Source: a virus
Lineage: Duplodnaviria; Caudoviricetes
Reading direction: 5' to 3' (one strand)
DNA length: 30,955 nt
IMG/VR virus record: IMGVR_UViG_3300031519_000140
Span: 1 to 30,955 of that record
The stretch's first letter is position 1. The number at the start of each line of letters is the position of its first letter. A program made the translations under genes and the position numbers. Shown here one piece after another: positions 5,803 through 14,242 of the stretch. The notes below the pieces were generated by a model. The model searched no databases. It saw only the letters and a list, made by a program, of their open reading frames with translations, and was not told the origin of the DNA.

Positions 5803-6064
5803 TATTAGCCCATAATTGAGTATATTAGCAGATACTAATTATATCTTGTAAGCTCGTACAAGCTCGCACAAGCGTGATAGAAATAACAAATAGCTAGGCA
5901 TAGGCCTACTCAAGGGATCAACACAGACCAACACAGGCACATACAATTCATATTAGCATTGTCTAATGTGCTCATAATTTGCTCATAATATTCAGTATAT
6001 AGGGGAGCATTATTTCATGCTATGGGTACCTACATAGACATTCACACAGGCTATAGTGGGTGAT

Positions 6065-6119
6065 GCTACATTAGACTTTGCTACATTAGAGATTGCTACA
6101 TTAGTCTGAGCTACATTAG
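6065..6119. repeat. 4 x GCTACATTAG at exact 15-bp period
   Basis: Copies at 6065, 6080, 6095 and 6110 with variable 5-bp spacers; followed by a G-run near 6139-6145. Confidence 0.92.
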
Positions 6120-6348
6120 GGTGGTCTAATGAAGGGACGGGGGGGTAGCTGCGTAGGCTGGTGTGTAGGGGTACCTGCTTAGATACTAAAAAGAGTGAAT
6201 CTGACTAATTAATTACTATCACTAAGACTATGATTAATAAGCATTAAGTAATGTGTTCTGGGGAGTGAATAAAGGAGGGCTGCGGAGGGCATGTAAAAGC
6301 ATGTGAGTCCCGCCAATGCAGTCCTTAGTAGATAACTAAAAATAACTC

Positions 6349-6377
6349 TTGACTTTTGCTTGAAAGTATGCTATAGT
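6349..6377 (+). promoter_or_regulatory. sigma70 promoter of structural arm
   Basis: TTGACT-17bp-TATAGT with extended -10 TG. Confidence 0.75.
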
Positions 6378-6524
6378 CCTCTGACTATATAGGACAGAAC
6401 AGAAACAAAGCATTGTGATCTATAATCCTTATAATTATAATCGACAAGATCAATGACTCTGTTCAAAGGCTATATAGAACTAAGTAGTAGCCCATATGAT
6501 CCCTTAAGGGGTTAAGGATAATAA

Positions 6525-6926
6525 ATGATTGTTGATCCAAAGGTTGTTGTTAAAGCGAAGCGTGGTCGTCCCCGCAAAGCAGACATAGCAGCCAAGAAGA
6601 AAGGGAACAGAAATGCTATCGGTAGACCTAAAGGGGATGCTGCTAGAATCAATGAACTCAAGGCTAGGTTGTTAGCTACGAGTGGTGATAAGGTTATCTC
6701 TAAGGTTATTGAAATAGCATTAGAAGATGGTCATCCTGTTCAATCAGCAGCACTAAAGATGTGCATGGATAGAGTGTTGCCTATCTCTTATTTTGATAAG
6801 AAGAATGACACTGGAGGTAGGAATGCAGTCTCTATTACTATCACTGGTGTTGGTGGTGATACTACAATTGTGGGCAACACAGGCAATGACGATGCCCTTG
6901 ACGGAGAGTATGAAGATGTCAATTAA
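6525..6926 (+). CDS. terS: putative terminase small subunit
   Basis: First late gene upstream of TerL; KRGRPRK and GRPKG basic motifs, acidic tail. Confidence 0.6.
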   Translation: MIVDPKVVVKAKRGRPRKADIAAKKKGNRNAIGRPKGDAARINELKARLLATSGDKVISKVIEIALEDGHPVQSAALKMCMDRVLPISYFDKKNDTGGRNAVSITITGVGGDTTIVGNTGNDDALDGEYEDVN

Positions 6927-7914
6927 AGATATTATTTATGATCTATACAAAGATCGTATTAGTAATGATGTAAGCAAGACTGATGTTTTAAATAACATAG
7001 CTCGCTTTAGTGACAGAGTATCTGGCATTGAAAGTTCTTATGGAACTGACTTAGTTAACTCAGACTCTTCTGCTAGAGGTGAGTTTCAATTCCTTACTAA
7101 AGGTGAAGGTAATGCTTTTCAAACAGGGCTTAACCGATTAAAGAACACCTATAAAAAAGCAGGGGTTGATTTACCTGAGTGGGCATCAAATGCGGTTGAT
7201 CATAATAATCCATTGAAGCTATCTCCACAGCAGCAAGAAGAAGTTATGCTTGCTAACATCTACATGCAGAAGTCTTCTAACTTAACAGGAATGTTAGAGG
7301 GAGATGATGATGCTGGTTTAGATTTATATTTTAAATATCATCACACAAAGCCCGATGTTAATACAAAAGCTAGAGCCATAGAGTATTTTGGTAAGCCACC
7401 TAATTCAGATAATATGATGGCATTCCTTCCTGATACCCTTAGACAAGAAGCTATGCAAGTAGCACAGTTTGACAGGGATATGGAAGCTATGCGTAGTAAC
7501 ATGTCTCCACAAGAAACACAGATGTTTACTGATCTTGAAAGGGAAGGACAATACCAGCAGCAAGAAGCAATGCGTCAACAGCAACAACAATTAAATATGG
7601 CACAGCAGCTTCAACCAGAGATGCAGCAGCAACTAAATATGCAGCAGCAACAACCAATAGCAACTACCATCCCACAGAAGCAAAGTGGCGTATTAGATTC
7701 TATTAAATCTATAGGGCAAGATTTTGATTCGGTAGGAAAGAATCGTTTTGCTGGTCACATTGCTTATGAGAATGGAATGACGCTTGACGAGTTACAAGAG
7801 TTAAACCCAGAAGTAGAGATTACCCGTGGATCTATGGGTAGGAATCTACAAGATGGACAGCAACTACGAGTAGGTAAAGGTTGGTTTGAAAACTTAAGTA
7901 ATATGTTTTCATAA
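6916..7914 (+). CDS. lytic-transglycosylase-like / Gln-rich linker / LysM protein (332 aa)
   Basis: IESS...SSARGEFQF lysozyme-superfamily motif; poly-Q middle; C-terminal IAYENGMTLDELQELNP...LQDGQQLRV LysM pattern; start at ATG 6916 after GGAGAG. Confidence 0.65.
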   Translation: MSIKDIIYDLYKDRISNDVSKTDVLNNIARFSDRVSGIESSYGTDLVNSDSSARGEFQFLTKGEGNAFQTGLNRLKNTYKKAGVDLPEWASNAVDHNNPLKLSPQQQEEVMLANIYMQKSSNLTGMLEGDDDAGLDLYFKYHHTKPDVNTKARAIEYFGKPPNSDNMMAFLPDTLRQEAMQVAQFDRDMEAMRSNMSPQETQMFTDLEREGQYQQQEAMRQQQQQLNMAQQLQPEMQQQLNMQQQQPIATTIPQKQSGVLDSIKSIGQDFDSVGKNRFAGHIAYENGMTLDELQELNPEVEITRGSMGRNLQDGQQLRVGKGWFENLSNMFS

Positions 7915-9168
7915 ATGACCGATCTTAAAGTTGAATTACTTGAATGGCAGCAAGAGGTCTTCAATGATCCTGTCCGATTCAAAGTAGTTGCAGCAGGAAG
8001 ACGTTGTGGCAAGAGTAGGTTGGCAGCGTGGGCCTTGATCATAGAGGGCTTACAGGCAACTAAGGGACATGTGTTTTATGTTGCCCCTACTCAGGGCCAA
8101 GCAAGAGATATCATGTGGGAAACTCTAATGGAGTTAGGCCATAGTGTTATCAAGAGCAGTCACATAAACAACTTACAGATTAAGCTAGTCAATGGTACTA
8201 CGATTGCACTCAAGGGTGCTGACAGACCAGAGACTATGCGTGGTGTTAGCTTGAAGTTTCTCGTTATGGACGAGTATGCTGACATGAAGCCAGAGGTATG
8301 GGAACAAATACTACGACCAGCACTAGCTGACCAAAAGGGTGGTGCTATATTCATAGGTACTCCTATGGGTCGTAACCATTTCTATGATTTATACCGCCAC
8401 GGGCAAGGAGATGATCCTACTTTCGAGAGTTGGCACTTTACGTCTTATGATAATAACTTACTAGACCCCGAAGAGATTGAAGCAGCTAAAGGTAGTATGT
8501 CTTCATTCGCATTTCGTCAGGAATTTCTGGCATCCTTTGAGGCAGCAGGGGGCGCAATATTCAGTGAAGACTGGATTGCGTTTGATACGGAGGAACCTGA
8601 TGAGGGTGACTACTATATCTCTGTTGACCTCGCAGGTTTTGCTGATATTGAGAAAGCCACTACGTCTAAACAAAAGAAACTGGACACAACGTCCATATCT
8701 GTTGTCAAAGCTGGTGTTGATGGGTGGTGGGTTGATAACATTATCTATGGTCGATGGGATGTTAAGAAGACTGCCGACAAAATCTTCCAAGCTGTACGAG
8801 ATTACCAACCTATTGCTATAGGTGTAGAGAAAGGAGCGTTGAAGAACGCTGTATATCCCTACCTAACAGACAGAATGAAGCAAGAACAGTTCTTCTTTAG
8901 GGTAGAAGAGTTAACTCATGGTAATAAACGTAAGACTGACCGCATCATATGGGCCTTACAGGGTAGATTTGAGCATGGTCAGATAACTTTAAACGAAGGT
9001 GAGTGGAATACAGAGTTCTTAGACCAGCTATTCCAGTTCCCTAACCACTTAGTACACGATGATTTAATAGACTCGCTGGCATATATTGATCAGTTAGCTA
9101 AGATTAGTTATGCGTATGATTACGAAGAAGATGAATATGAATTTATGGATGCTATTGCAGGATATTAA
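7915..9168 (+). CDS. terL: terminase large subunit
   Basis: Walker A AAGRRCGKS, Walker B VMDEYA, GTP motif, nuclease acids VDLAG and HDDLIDSLAY. Confidence 0.95.
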   Translation: MTDLKVELLEWQQEVFNDPVRFKVVAAGRRCGKSRLAAWALIIEGLQATKGHVFYVAPTQGQARDIMWETLMELGHSVIKSSHINNLQIKLVNGTTIALKGADRPETMRGVSLKFLVMDEYADMKPEVWEQILRPALADQKGGAIFIGTPMGRNHFYDLYRHGQGDDPTFESWHFTSYDNNLLDPEEIEAAKGSMSSFAFRQEFLASFEAAGGAIFSEDWIAFDTEEPDEGDYYISVDLAGFADIEKATTSKQKKLDTTSISVVKAGVDGWWVDNIIYGRWDVKKTADKIFQAVRDYQPIAIGVEKGALKNAVYPYLTDRMKQEQFFFRVEELTHGNKRKTDRIIWALQGRFEHGQITLNEGEWNTEFLDQLFQFPNHLVHDDLIDSLAYIDQLAKISYAYDYEEDEYEFMDAIAGY

Positions 9169-9170
9169 TT

Positions 9171-11114
9171 ATGTCAGATGAAAACGAAATACTACTTGAA
9201 GAGTCAGCCGAAGATTGGATCATGCAAAAGTGTGATGGTTGGCGTGATCACTTTGAGTCTAACTACGAGCAAAGGTTTGATGAATACAATCGCCTATGGC
9301 GTGGTATCTGGGCTGGTGAGGATTCCTTACGGCAGAGTGAACGCTCTCGTTTAATCAGTCCTGCCCTACAGCAAGCTGTTGAAAGCAGTGTTGCTGAGGT
9401 AGAAGAAGCTACATTTGGTCGTGGGCAGTTCTTTGACATACGTGATGATGTAGATGATCAAGAGCGTGGTGACGTTGAGTACCTACGTAAGCAACTAACA
9501 GAAGAGTATTCACTTAACAAGACACGACAAGCTATATCTGAGTGTATCGTTAACGCTGCTGTGTTTGGTACGGGAATTGGTGAGATAGTTGTACAGGAAA
9601 AGACACGTAGGGTTCCCTCGACACAACCAGCTATGGATGGTCAGGTAGCTACCTTTGGTGTTATTGAAACTAAAGAAGTCTCTTGTACTGTTCGTCCTGT
9701 ACTACCACAGAACTTCTTGATAGATCCTACAGCATCCTCTATTGAAGAGGCATTGGGTGTAGCGATTGATGAATATGTTCCTATGCACCAAGTACAACAG
9801 TTGATTGAAGAAGGTGTGTATGAAGATGTTGACATTATGGCAAGCAGCACTCATTCATTCCTAGAGGCTCAAGATGATATTGACGATTACGATGAAGACC
9901 GAGTACGTCTAACTAAATACTATGGTCTAATCCCTCGCTCAATGTTAGAAGCCTACCTGTATGATGAGGATGAAGAGGAAGTTTCTCTATCTGAAACCAT
10001 GACAGAGAATGGATCGAACTATGTTGAGGTTGTTGCAGTCATAGCTAATGGTGCAAACATACTTAAGCTAGAAGAAAACCCTTACATGATGCAGGATCGT
10101 CCTGTAGTTGCATTCCCTTGGGATGTAGTACCTAGTCGTTTCTGGGGACGAGGTGTTTGTGAGAAGGGATACAACAGCCAGAAAGCACTCGACACAGAGT
10201 TACGTGCGCGTATTGATGCTCTAGCCTTAACTGTCCACCCAATGATGGCTATGGACGCTTCTAGGATGCCTCGCGGGGCTAAGATGGAAGTAAGGCCAGG
10301 AAAAACTATTCTCACGAATGGTAATCCTAACGAAATATTACAGCCAATGAACTTTGGTAACGTAGATAATATTACATTTAATCAAGCAGATCACCTCCAG
10401 CGTATGGTTCAGAACGCTACAGGTGCTGTAGATAGTGTTGGCATGGCTGGTGTAGTCAATGGTCAAGCTGCTGCTGGTGCAGTATCTATGGGCCTAGGTG
10501 CTATCATCAAGCGTCACAAGCGTACCTTGATTAACTTCCAAGAGTGCTTCCTCATTCCGTTTGTACAACAGAGTGCATGGCGTTACATGCAGTATCACCC
10601 TGACAAGTTCCCAACAGGTGACTTTAAGTTTGTTCCTTCTAGTTCTCTAGGTGTTATTGCCCGTGAGTATGAGGTTTCTCAGTTAGTGCAACTACTACAA
10701 ACAATGTCTCCCGATACTCCAATGTATCCTGAGTTGGTTAAGTCAGTGGTTGACAATATGAATCTTGCTAATCGTGAGACTCTAATTGCTAAACTATCAG
10801 AAGCTAGTCAGCCAGATCCAATGGCGCAAGAAGCAGCACAGATCGACAATGCACAGAAGCAAGCATACATTGCAGTGTTGCAAGGACAGGCTATGGAGTC
10901 ACAAGCTAGGACAGCTAAGGTGAATATTGAAACTGAACTACTGCCAATGGAAGCTGAGACTGATCGTTTGAAAGTTCTTACTACTAATATTAATGAAGGT
11001 GATGCTGATGAGAAAGAGTTTCTTAAACGCGCTAAGGTTGCTGAGTTAGTATTGAAAGAGCGAGAGATTGAAAGTAAAGAAGCAATCGTTAATAAGCAGA
11101 TGCAAAGTAATTAA
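9171..11114 (+). CDS. portal protein
   Basis: 647 aa directly after TerL; FGTGIG and FWGRGV motifs of podovirus portals. Confidence 0.88.
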   Translation: MSDENEILLEESAEDWIMQKCDGWRDHFESNYEQRFDEYNRLWRGIWAGEDSLRQSERSRLISPALQQAVESSVAEVEEATFGRGQFFDIRDDVDDQERGDVEYLRKQLTEEYSLNKTRQAISECIVNAAVFGTGIGEIVVQEKTRRVPSTQPAMDGQVATFGVIETKEVSCTVRPVLPQNFLIDPTASSIEEALGVAIDEYVPMHQVQQLIEEGVYEDVDIMASSTHSFLEAQDDIDDYDEDRVRLTKYYGLIPRSMLEAYLYDEDEEEVSLSETMTENGSNYVEVVAVIANGANILKLEENPYMMQDRPVVAFPWDVVPSRFWGRGVCEKGYNSQKALDTELRARIDALALTVHPMMAMDASRMPRGAKMEVRPGKTILTNGNPNEILQPMNFGNVDNITFNQADHLQRMVQNATGAVDSVGMAGVVNGQAAAGAVSMGLGAIIKRHKRTLINFQECFLIPFVQQSAWRYMQYHPDKFPTGDFKFVPSSSLGVIAREYEVSQLVQLLQTMSPDTPMYPELVKSVVDNMNLANRETLIAKLSEASQPDPMAQEAAQIDNAQKQAYIAVLQGQAMESQARTAKVNIETELLPMEAETDRLKVLTTNINEGDADEKEFLKRAKVAELVLKEREIESKEAIVNKQMQSN

Positions 11115-11122
11115 AATAACTC

Positions 11123-11151
11123 TTGACTTATAATACTTTTTGTGTTATATT
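11123..11151 (+). promoter_or_regulatory. sigma70 promoter upstream of scaffold/capsid block
   Basis: TTGACT-17bp-TATATT with TG; shares AAAATAACTCTTGACTT with the 6349 promoter. Confidence 0.75.
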
Positions 11152-11190
11152 CCAAGCACTACGAACGCGCCCTAACACAAGGAAAACGCA

Positions 11191-11445
11191 ATGTCAACAG
11201 ATACAGATCCAGAACTAGAAAGATATTATGAATCATTGATTGATATATTCCAACTAGAAGGATGGAAGTTTCTACTAGAAGACTTTACACAATCGGAGGA
11301 ATCTCTCCGTGATCTAGCTACTTGTAGAACTGAAAAAGAATTACACTATAGACAAGGGCAACTAGACATCATTGGAAAACTATTAAGTTTTGAAAATGGT
11401 ATCAAGAACTCTTATGAGGATTTCGTAAATGATTCGCGTTTATGA
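11191..11445 (+). CDS. hypothetical head-region protein (84 aa)
   Basis: AAGGA RBS; post-portal position. Confidence 0.75.
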   Translation: MSTDTDPELERYYESLIDIFQLEGWKFLLEDFTQSEESLRDLATCRTEKELHYRQGQLDIIGKLLSFENGIKNSYEDFVNDSRL

Positions 11446-11671
11446 TTTCAAATGTAGTGAATGTAGTTACATTGAAGAGAAGTTTGTACACTCCGCTTGT
11501 CACTCTGATATTCGGGAAAGCGTATGCTCTAAATGTAACAGTCTATCTCATCGACAACTAGCTGCACCTATTAGTAAGTTAGATCCCCACTCAGGAGACT
11601 TTGCAGGGGCTACAATCAAATGGGCAAAGCAACGCCAAAAACAGATTGAGATAGAACGCAGTACCTCATGA
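11429..11671 (+). CDS. FmdB-like zinc-ribbon protein
   Basis: YDFKCSEC...CSKC pattern. Confidence 0.7.
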   Translation: MIRVYDFKCSECSYIEEKFVHSACHSDIRESVCSKCNSLSHRQLAAPISKLDPHSGDFAGATIKWAKQRQKQIEIERSTS

Positions 11672-11735
11672 GTCTTCTTATTGAAGTAACCTCATTAAAT
11701 ATAATTCCATAATACTATAAAGTACGGAGCAACAA

Positions 11736-12521
11736 ATGGCAGAATTTTTAGAGGGCAACCAAGAACCTCAACTAGCAGATGGTGAAGAATACCAAACCCT
11801 AACGGAATCTCTTGAATCAGTTTCTGCACCTGTAGAACAAACTGATGAAGAGGAATTACCTGATAAGTATAAAGGGAAGTCTGCTGCCGAGTTAGTCCGA
11901 ATGCACCAAGAAGCCGAGAAGATGGCAGGTCGTCAGGGTAACGAAGTAGGTGAGTTGAGAAAGCTGGTAGATGATTACATTGTTAATCAAACAGCCACTA
12001 AAGAAATCGTTGAGGAAGATGTTAGTGATATGGATTTTTTAGAAAATCCTAATGCTACCCTTGATAAGAAATTAGCAAACCATCCAGCTTTGAAAGCAGC
12101 GAAAGAAGCTACCAAGAAGCTAGAACGAATGGAATCCCGTGACAGGATCTTTGCAACCCATCCAGATGCGATGGATATAGTGAATGATACTAACTTCCAA
12201 GAGTGGGTGGGGAAGTCTCAGGCTCGTACTAATAAGTTACAGAGGGCAGATGCAGAGTTTGACTTTGACGCTGCTGACGATCTGTTTACTACATGGAAAG
12301 AGCAACAGGAATTAATTGCACAGTCCAGTGCTGCTGCCGAAGGAGATCGTAAGCGTTCTCTTAAGAGTGGTAGTAATGGTTCAGCAAGAGGTTCTGGTGA
12401 GACTACTAAGAAGTTCCTTAAGCGATCTGAATTACTACATATGATGCAGTACGAACCAGAACGCTACCTCGCTAACAATGATATTATCATGAAAGCATAT
12501 GAAGAAGGTAGAGTTCGATAA
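11736..12521 (+). CDS. capsid scaffolding protein
   Basis: Acidic N-terminus, PDKYKGKS motif, helical, immediately before the capsid gene. Confidence 0.8.
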   Translation: MAEFLEGNQEPQLADGEEYQTLTESLESVSAPVEQTDEEELPDKYKGKSAAELVRMHQEAEKMAGRQGNEVGELRKLVDDYIVNQTATKEIVEEDVSDMDFLENPNATLDKKLANHPALKAAKEATKKLERMESRDRIFATHPDAMDIVNDTNFQEWVGKSQARTNKLQRADAEFDFDAADDLFTTWKEQQELIAQSSAAAEGDRKRSLKSGSNGSARGSGETTKKFLKRSELLHMMQYEPERYLANNDIIMKAYEEGRVR

Positions 12522-12546
12522 CTTTATACTTTAGGAAATATATATA

Positions 12547-13455
12547 ATGGCTACTTCAGTCTATCCCGCAATGGGCGGTAACACCAACAACACAACTGCT
12601 GCTAACTTTATCCCTGAGATTTGGAGTGATGAAATCATTGCTGCTTATAAAAAGGAATTGGTTATTGCAAACCTAGTAAACAAGATGCCAATGACAGGTA
12701 AGAAAGGTGATACGATTCATATCCCTAAACCTACCCGTGGTGTTGCTACTGCTAAGGCTGCAAACACAGCAGTTACAATTCAGAACGAGACTGCTACTAA
12801 GCTAACTCTATCTGTGAACAAGCACTTTGAATACTCTCGCATGATCGAAGATATTACCGACATTCAAGCTCAGGCTTCTATGCGTAAGTTCTATACTGGT
12901 GATGCTGGTTATGCTTTAGCTAAGAAAGTTGAAGACGATATCTTCTTGTTAGGTCAATCTACTCAAGGTGGTAACGGATCTAACTGGGCTAAGGCTCAAG
13001 AGATCGCTGCTGATGGTACTCTATCAGACTACACTGGTGCGGCTCAGGCATTCAATGATGCTGGTTTCCGTAACCTAATTCAATTGTTAGATGATGCTGA
13101 TGTCCCTATGGACGGACGTTCATTGATCCTTCCACCTTCTGCTCGTAACACAGTTATGGGTATTGAGCGTTATACCTCTTCTGACTTTGTAACTGGCAAC
13201 ACTGTTGTCAATGGCAAGATTGGTAACTTGTATGGTGTAGATGTTTACATCAGTAACAACTGCCCAGTTGATGGTGCGAACAAGATCGGTATGCTCCAGC
13301 ATAAGGATGCTTTTGTCCTAGTTGAGCAAATGTCTGTTCGTTCACAAACGCAGTACAAGCAAGAGTTCTTAGCTGATCTCTTCACCAGTGATACCATCTA
13401 TGGTACTGGCGTACTACGTGATACTTCTGCTGTCGCTATTGCCCTTCTTGGGTAG
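12547..13455 (+). CDS. major capsid protein
   Basis: FIPEIWS, GDTIHIP, IGNLYGVDVY and YGTGVLR motifs; followed by a strong terminator. Confidence 0.9.
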   Translation: MATSVYPAMGGNTNNTTAANFIPEIWSDEIIAAYKKELVIANLVNKMPMTGKKGDTIHIPKPTRGVATAKAANTAVTIQNETATKLTLSVNKHFEYSRMIEDITDIQAQASMRKFYTGDAGYALAKKVEDDIFLLGQSTQGGNGSNWAKAQEIAADGTLSDYTGAAQAFNDAGFRNLIQLLDDADVPMDGRSLILPPSARNTVMGIERYTSSDFVTGNTVVNGKIGNLYGVDVYISNNCPVDGANKIGMLQHKDAFVLVEQMSVRSQTQYKQEFLADLFTSDTIYGTGVLRDTSAVAIALLG

Positions 13456-13483
13456 ATACATAGGCTATTAATTTAGTCCTCAT

Positions 13484-13524
13484 AGGGGAACTACTTAGAC
13501 TTCTAGGGAGTTCCCCTTTCTTTT
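13484..13524 (+). terminator. rho-independent terminator after capsid gene
   Basis: AGGGGAACT...AGTTCCCCT stem followed by TTCTTTT. Confidence 0.85.
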
Positions 13525-13539
13525 ATTAAAGGAAAGAAC

Positions 13540-14232
13540 ATGTCCGAATTTGCAGAAAAGAAATCATTAAAAGCACAGATTGCAGCAGCTAAGAAAGCTG
13601 GTAAGTCTGTGCAGACAGTAGGCAGGTTACAGTATAAACTTAATCAGTTAATGAAGAATCCTCAGAAAGGTAAGCCTGTTAAGCGTAAGACTCCATCAGC
13701 AAAGCAGCCAAACAATCCTTTTAAAGCCATTGCATCTGCTGCCCCTGCTGCTAAAATTAAAGGTAGTCCTATTAAGAAGAAAATTGTTGCTAACTCAGGT
13801 AGTAAAACTAAAAAAATTACTCCTAACTCAGGTAGTAAAGTTACTACTAAGAAGGTAGCTAAGAAGGTAGGTTATAGTAGCAGTTATACTCCTACTAATG
13901 AAGTTGTAATTTCTAACCTTAAATCAGCAGCAAAAAAGCAAGCGGATCAGAAAAAGATTCAAGCTGAGAATAATAAAAAGATTGCTGCACATCAAGCTAA
14001 ACTTGCTAAACAAAAAGCAGATAAGAAGGAAGCTAAACGACAGAACGATGCTATTGATGCAATGGCTAGTAAGTCAGATAAAGCAATGAGAGCAAGTAAG
14101 AAAACAGCAGCTAGGTTAGCGGGTCAGAAGCAAAATGAAAAGAATTGGAATGCTACTCGTAAACTTAGCACTGACGAAAAAGTTAAGCAAAGGCAAAAAG
14201 ATTACAGAAACAATAAGACTTCACCTTATTAA
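13540..14232 (+). CDS. Lys/Ala-rich basic protein (230 aa, histone-H1-like composition)
   Basis: Very K/A-rich; duplicated NSGSK. Confidence 0.75.
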   Translation: MSEFAEKKSLKAQIAAAKKAGKSVQTVGRLQYKLNQLMKNPQKGKPVKRKTPSAKQPNNPFKAIASAAPAAKIKGSPIKKKIVANSGSKTKKITPNSGSKVTTKKVAKKVGYSSSYTPTNEVVISNLKSAAKKQADQKKIQAENNKKIAAHQAKLAKQKADKKEAKRQNDAIDAMASKSDKAMRASKKTAARLAGQKQNEKNWNATRKLSTDEKVKQRQKDYRNNKTSPY

Positions 14233-14242
14233 GGAATAAAGA

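Noticed and set aside
6793-6915. Hydrophobic N-terminal extension of the lysin-like ORF as a signal or SAR anchor
   Set aside because: It depends on a TTG start deep inside terS with no RBS; ATG 6916 has GGAGAG at good spacing. Not fully excluded.
13430-13540. T7 10B-style capsid frameshift or read-through into the basic protein
   Set aside because: No clear slippery heptamer at the capsid end; a terminator and separate RBS intervene.
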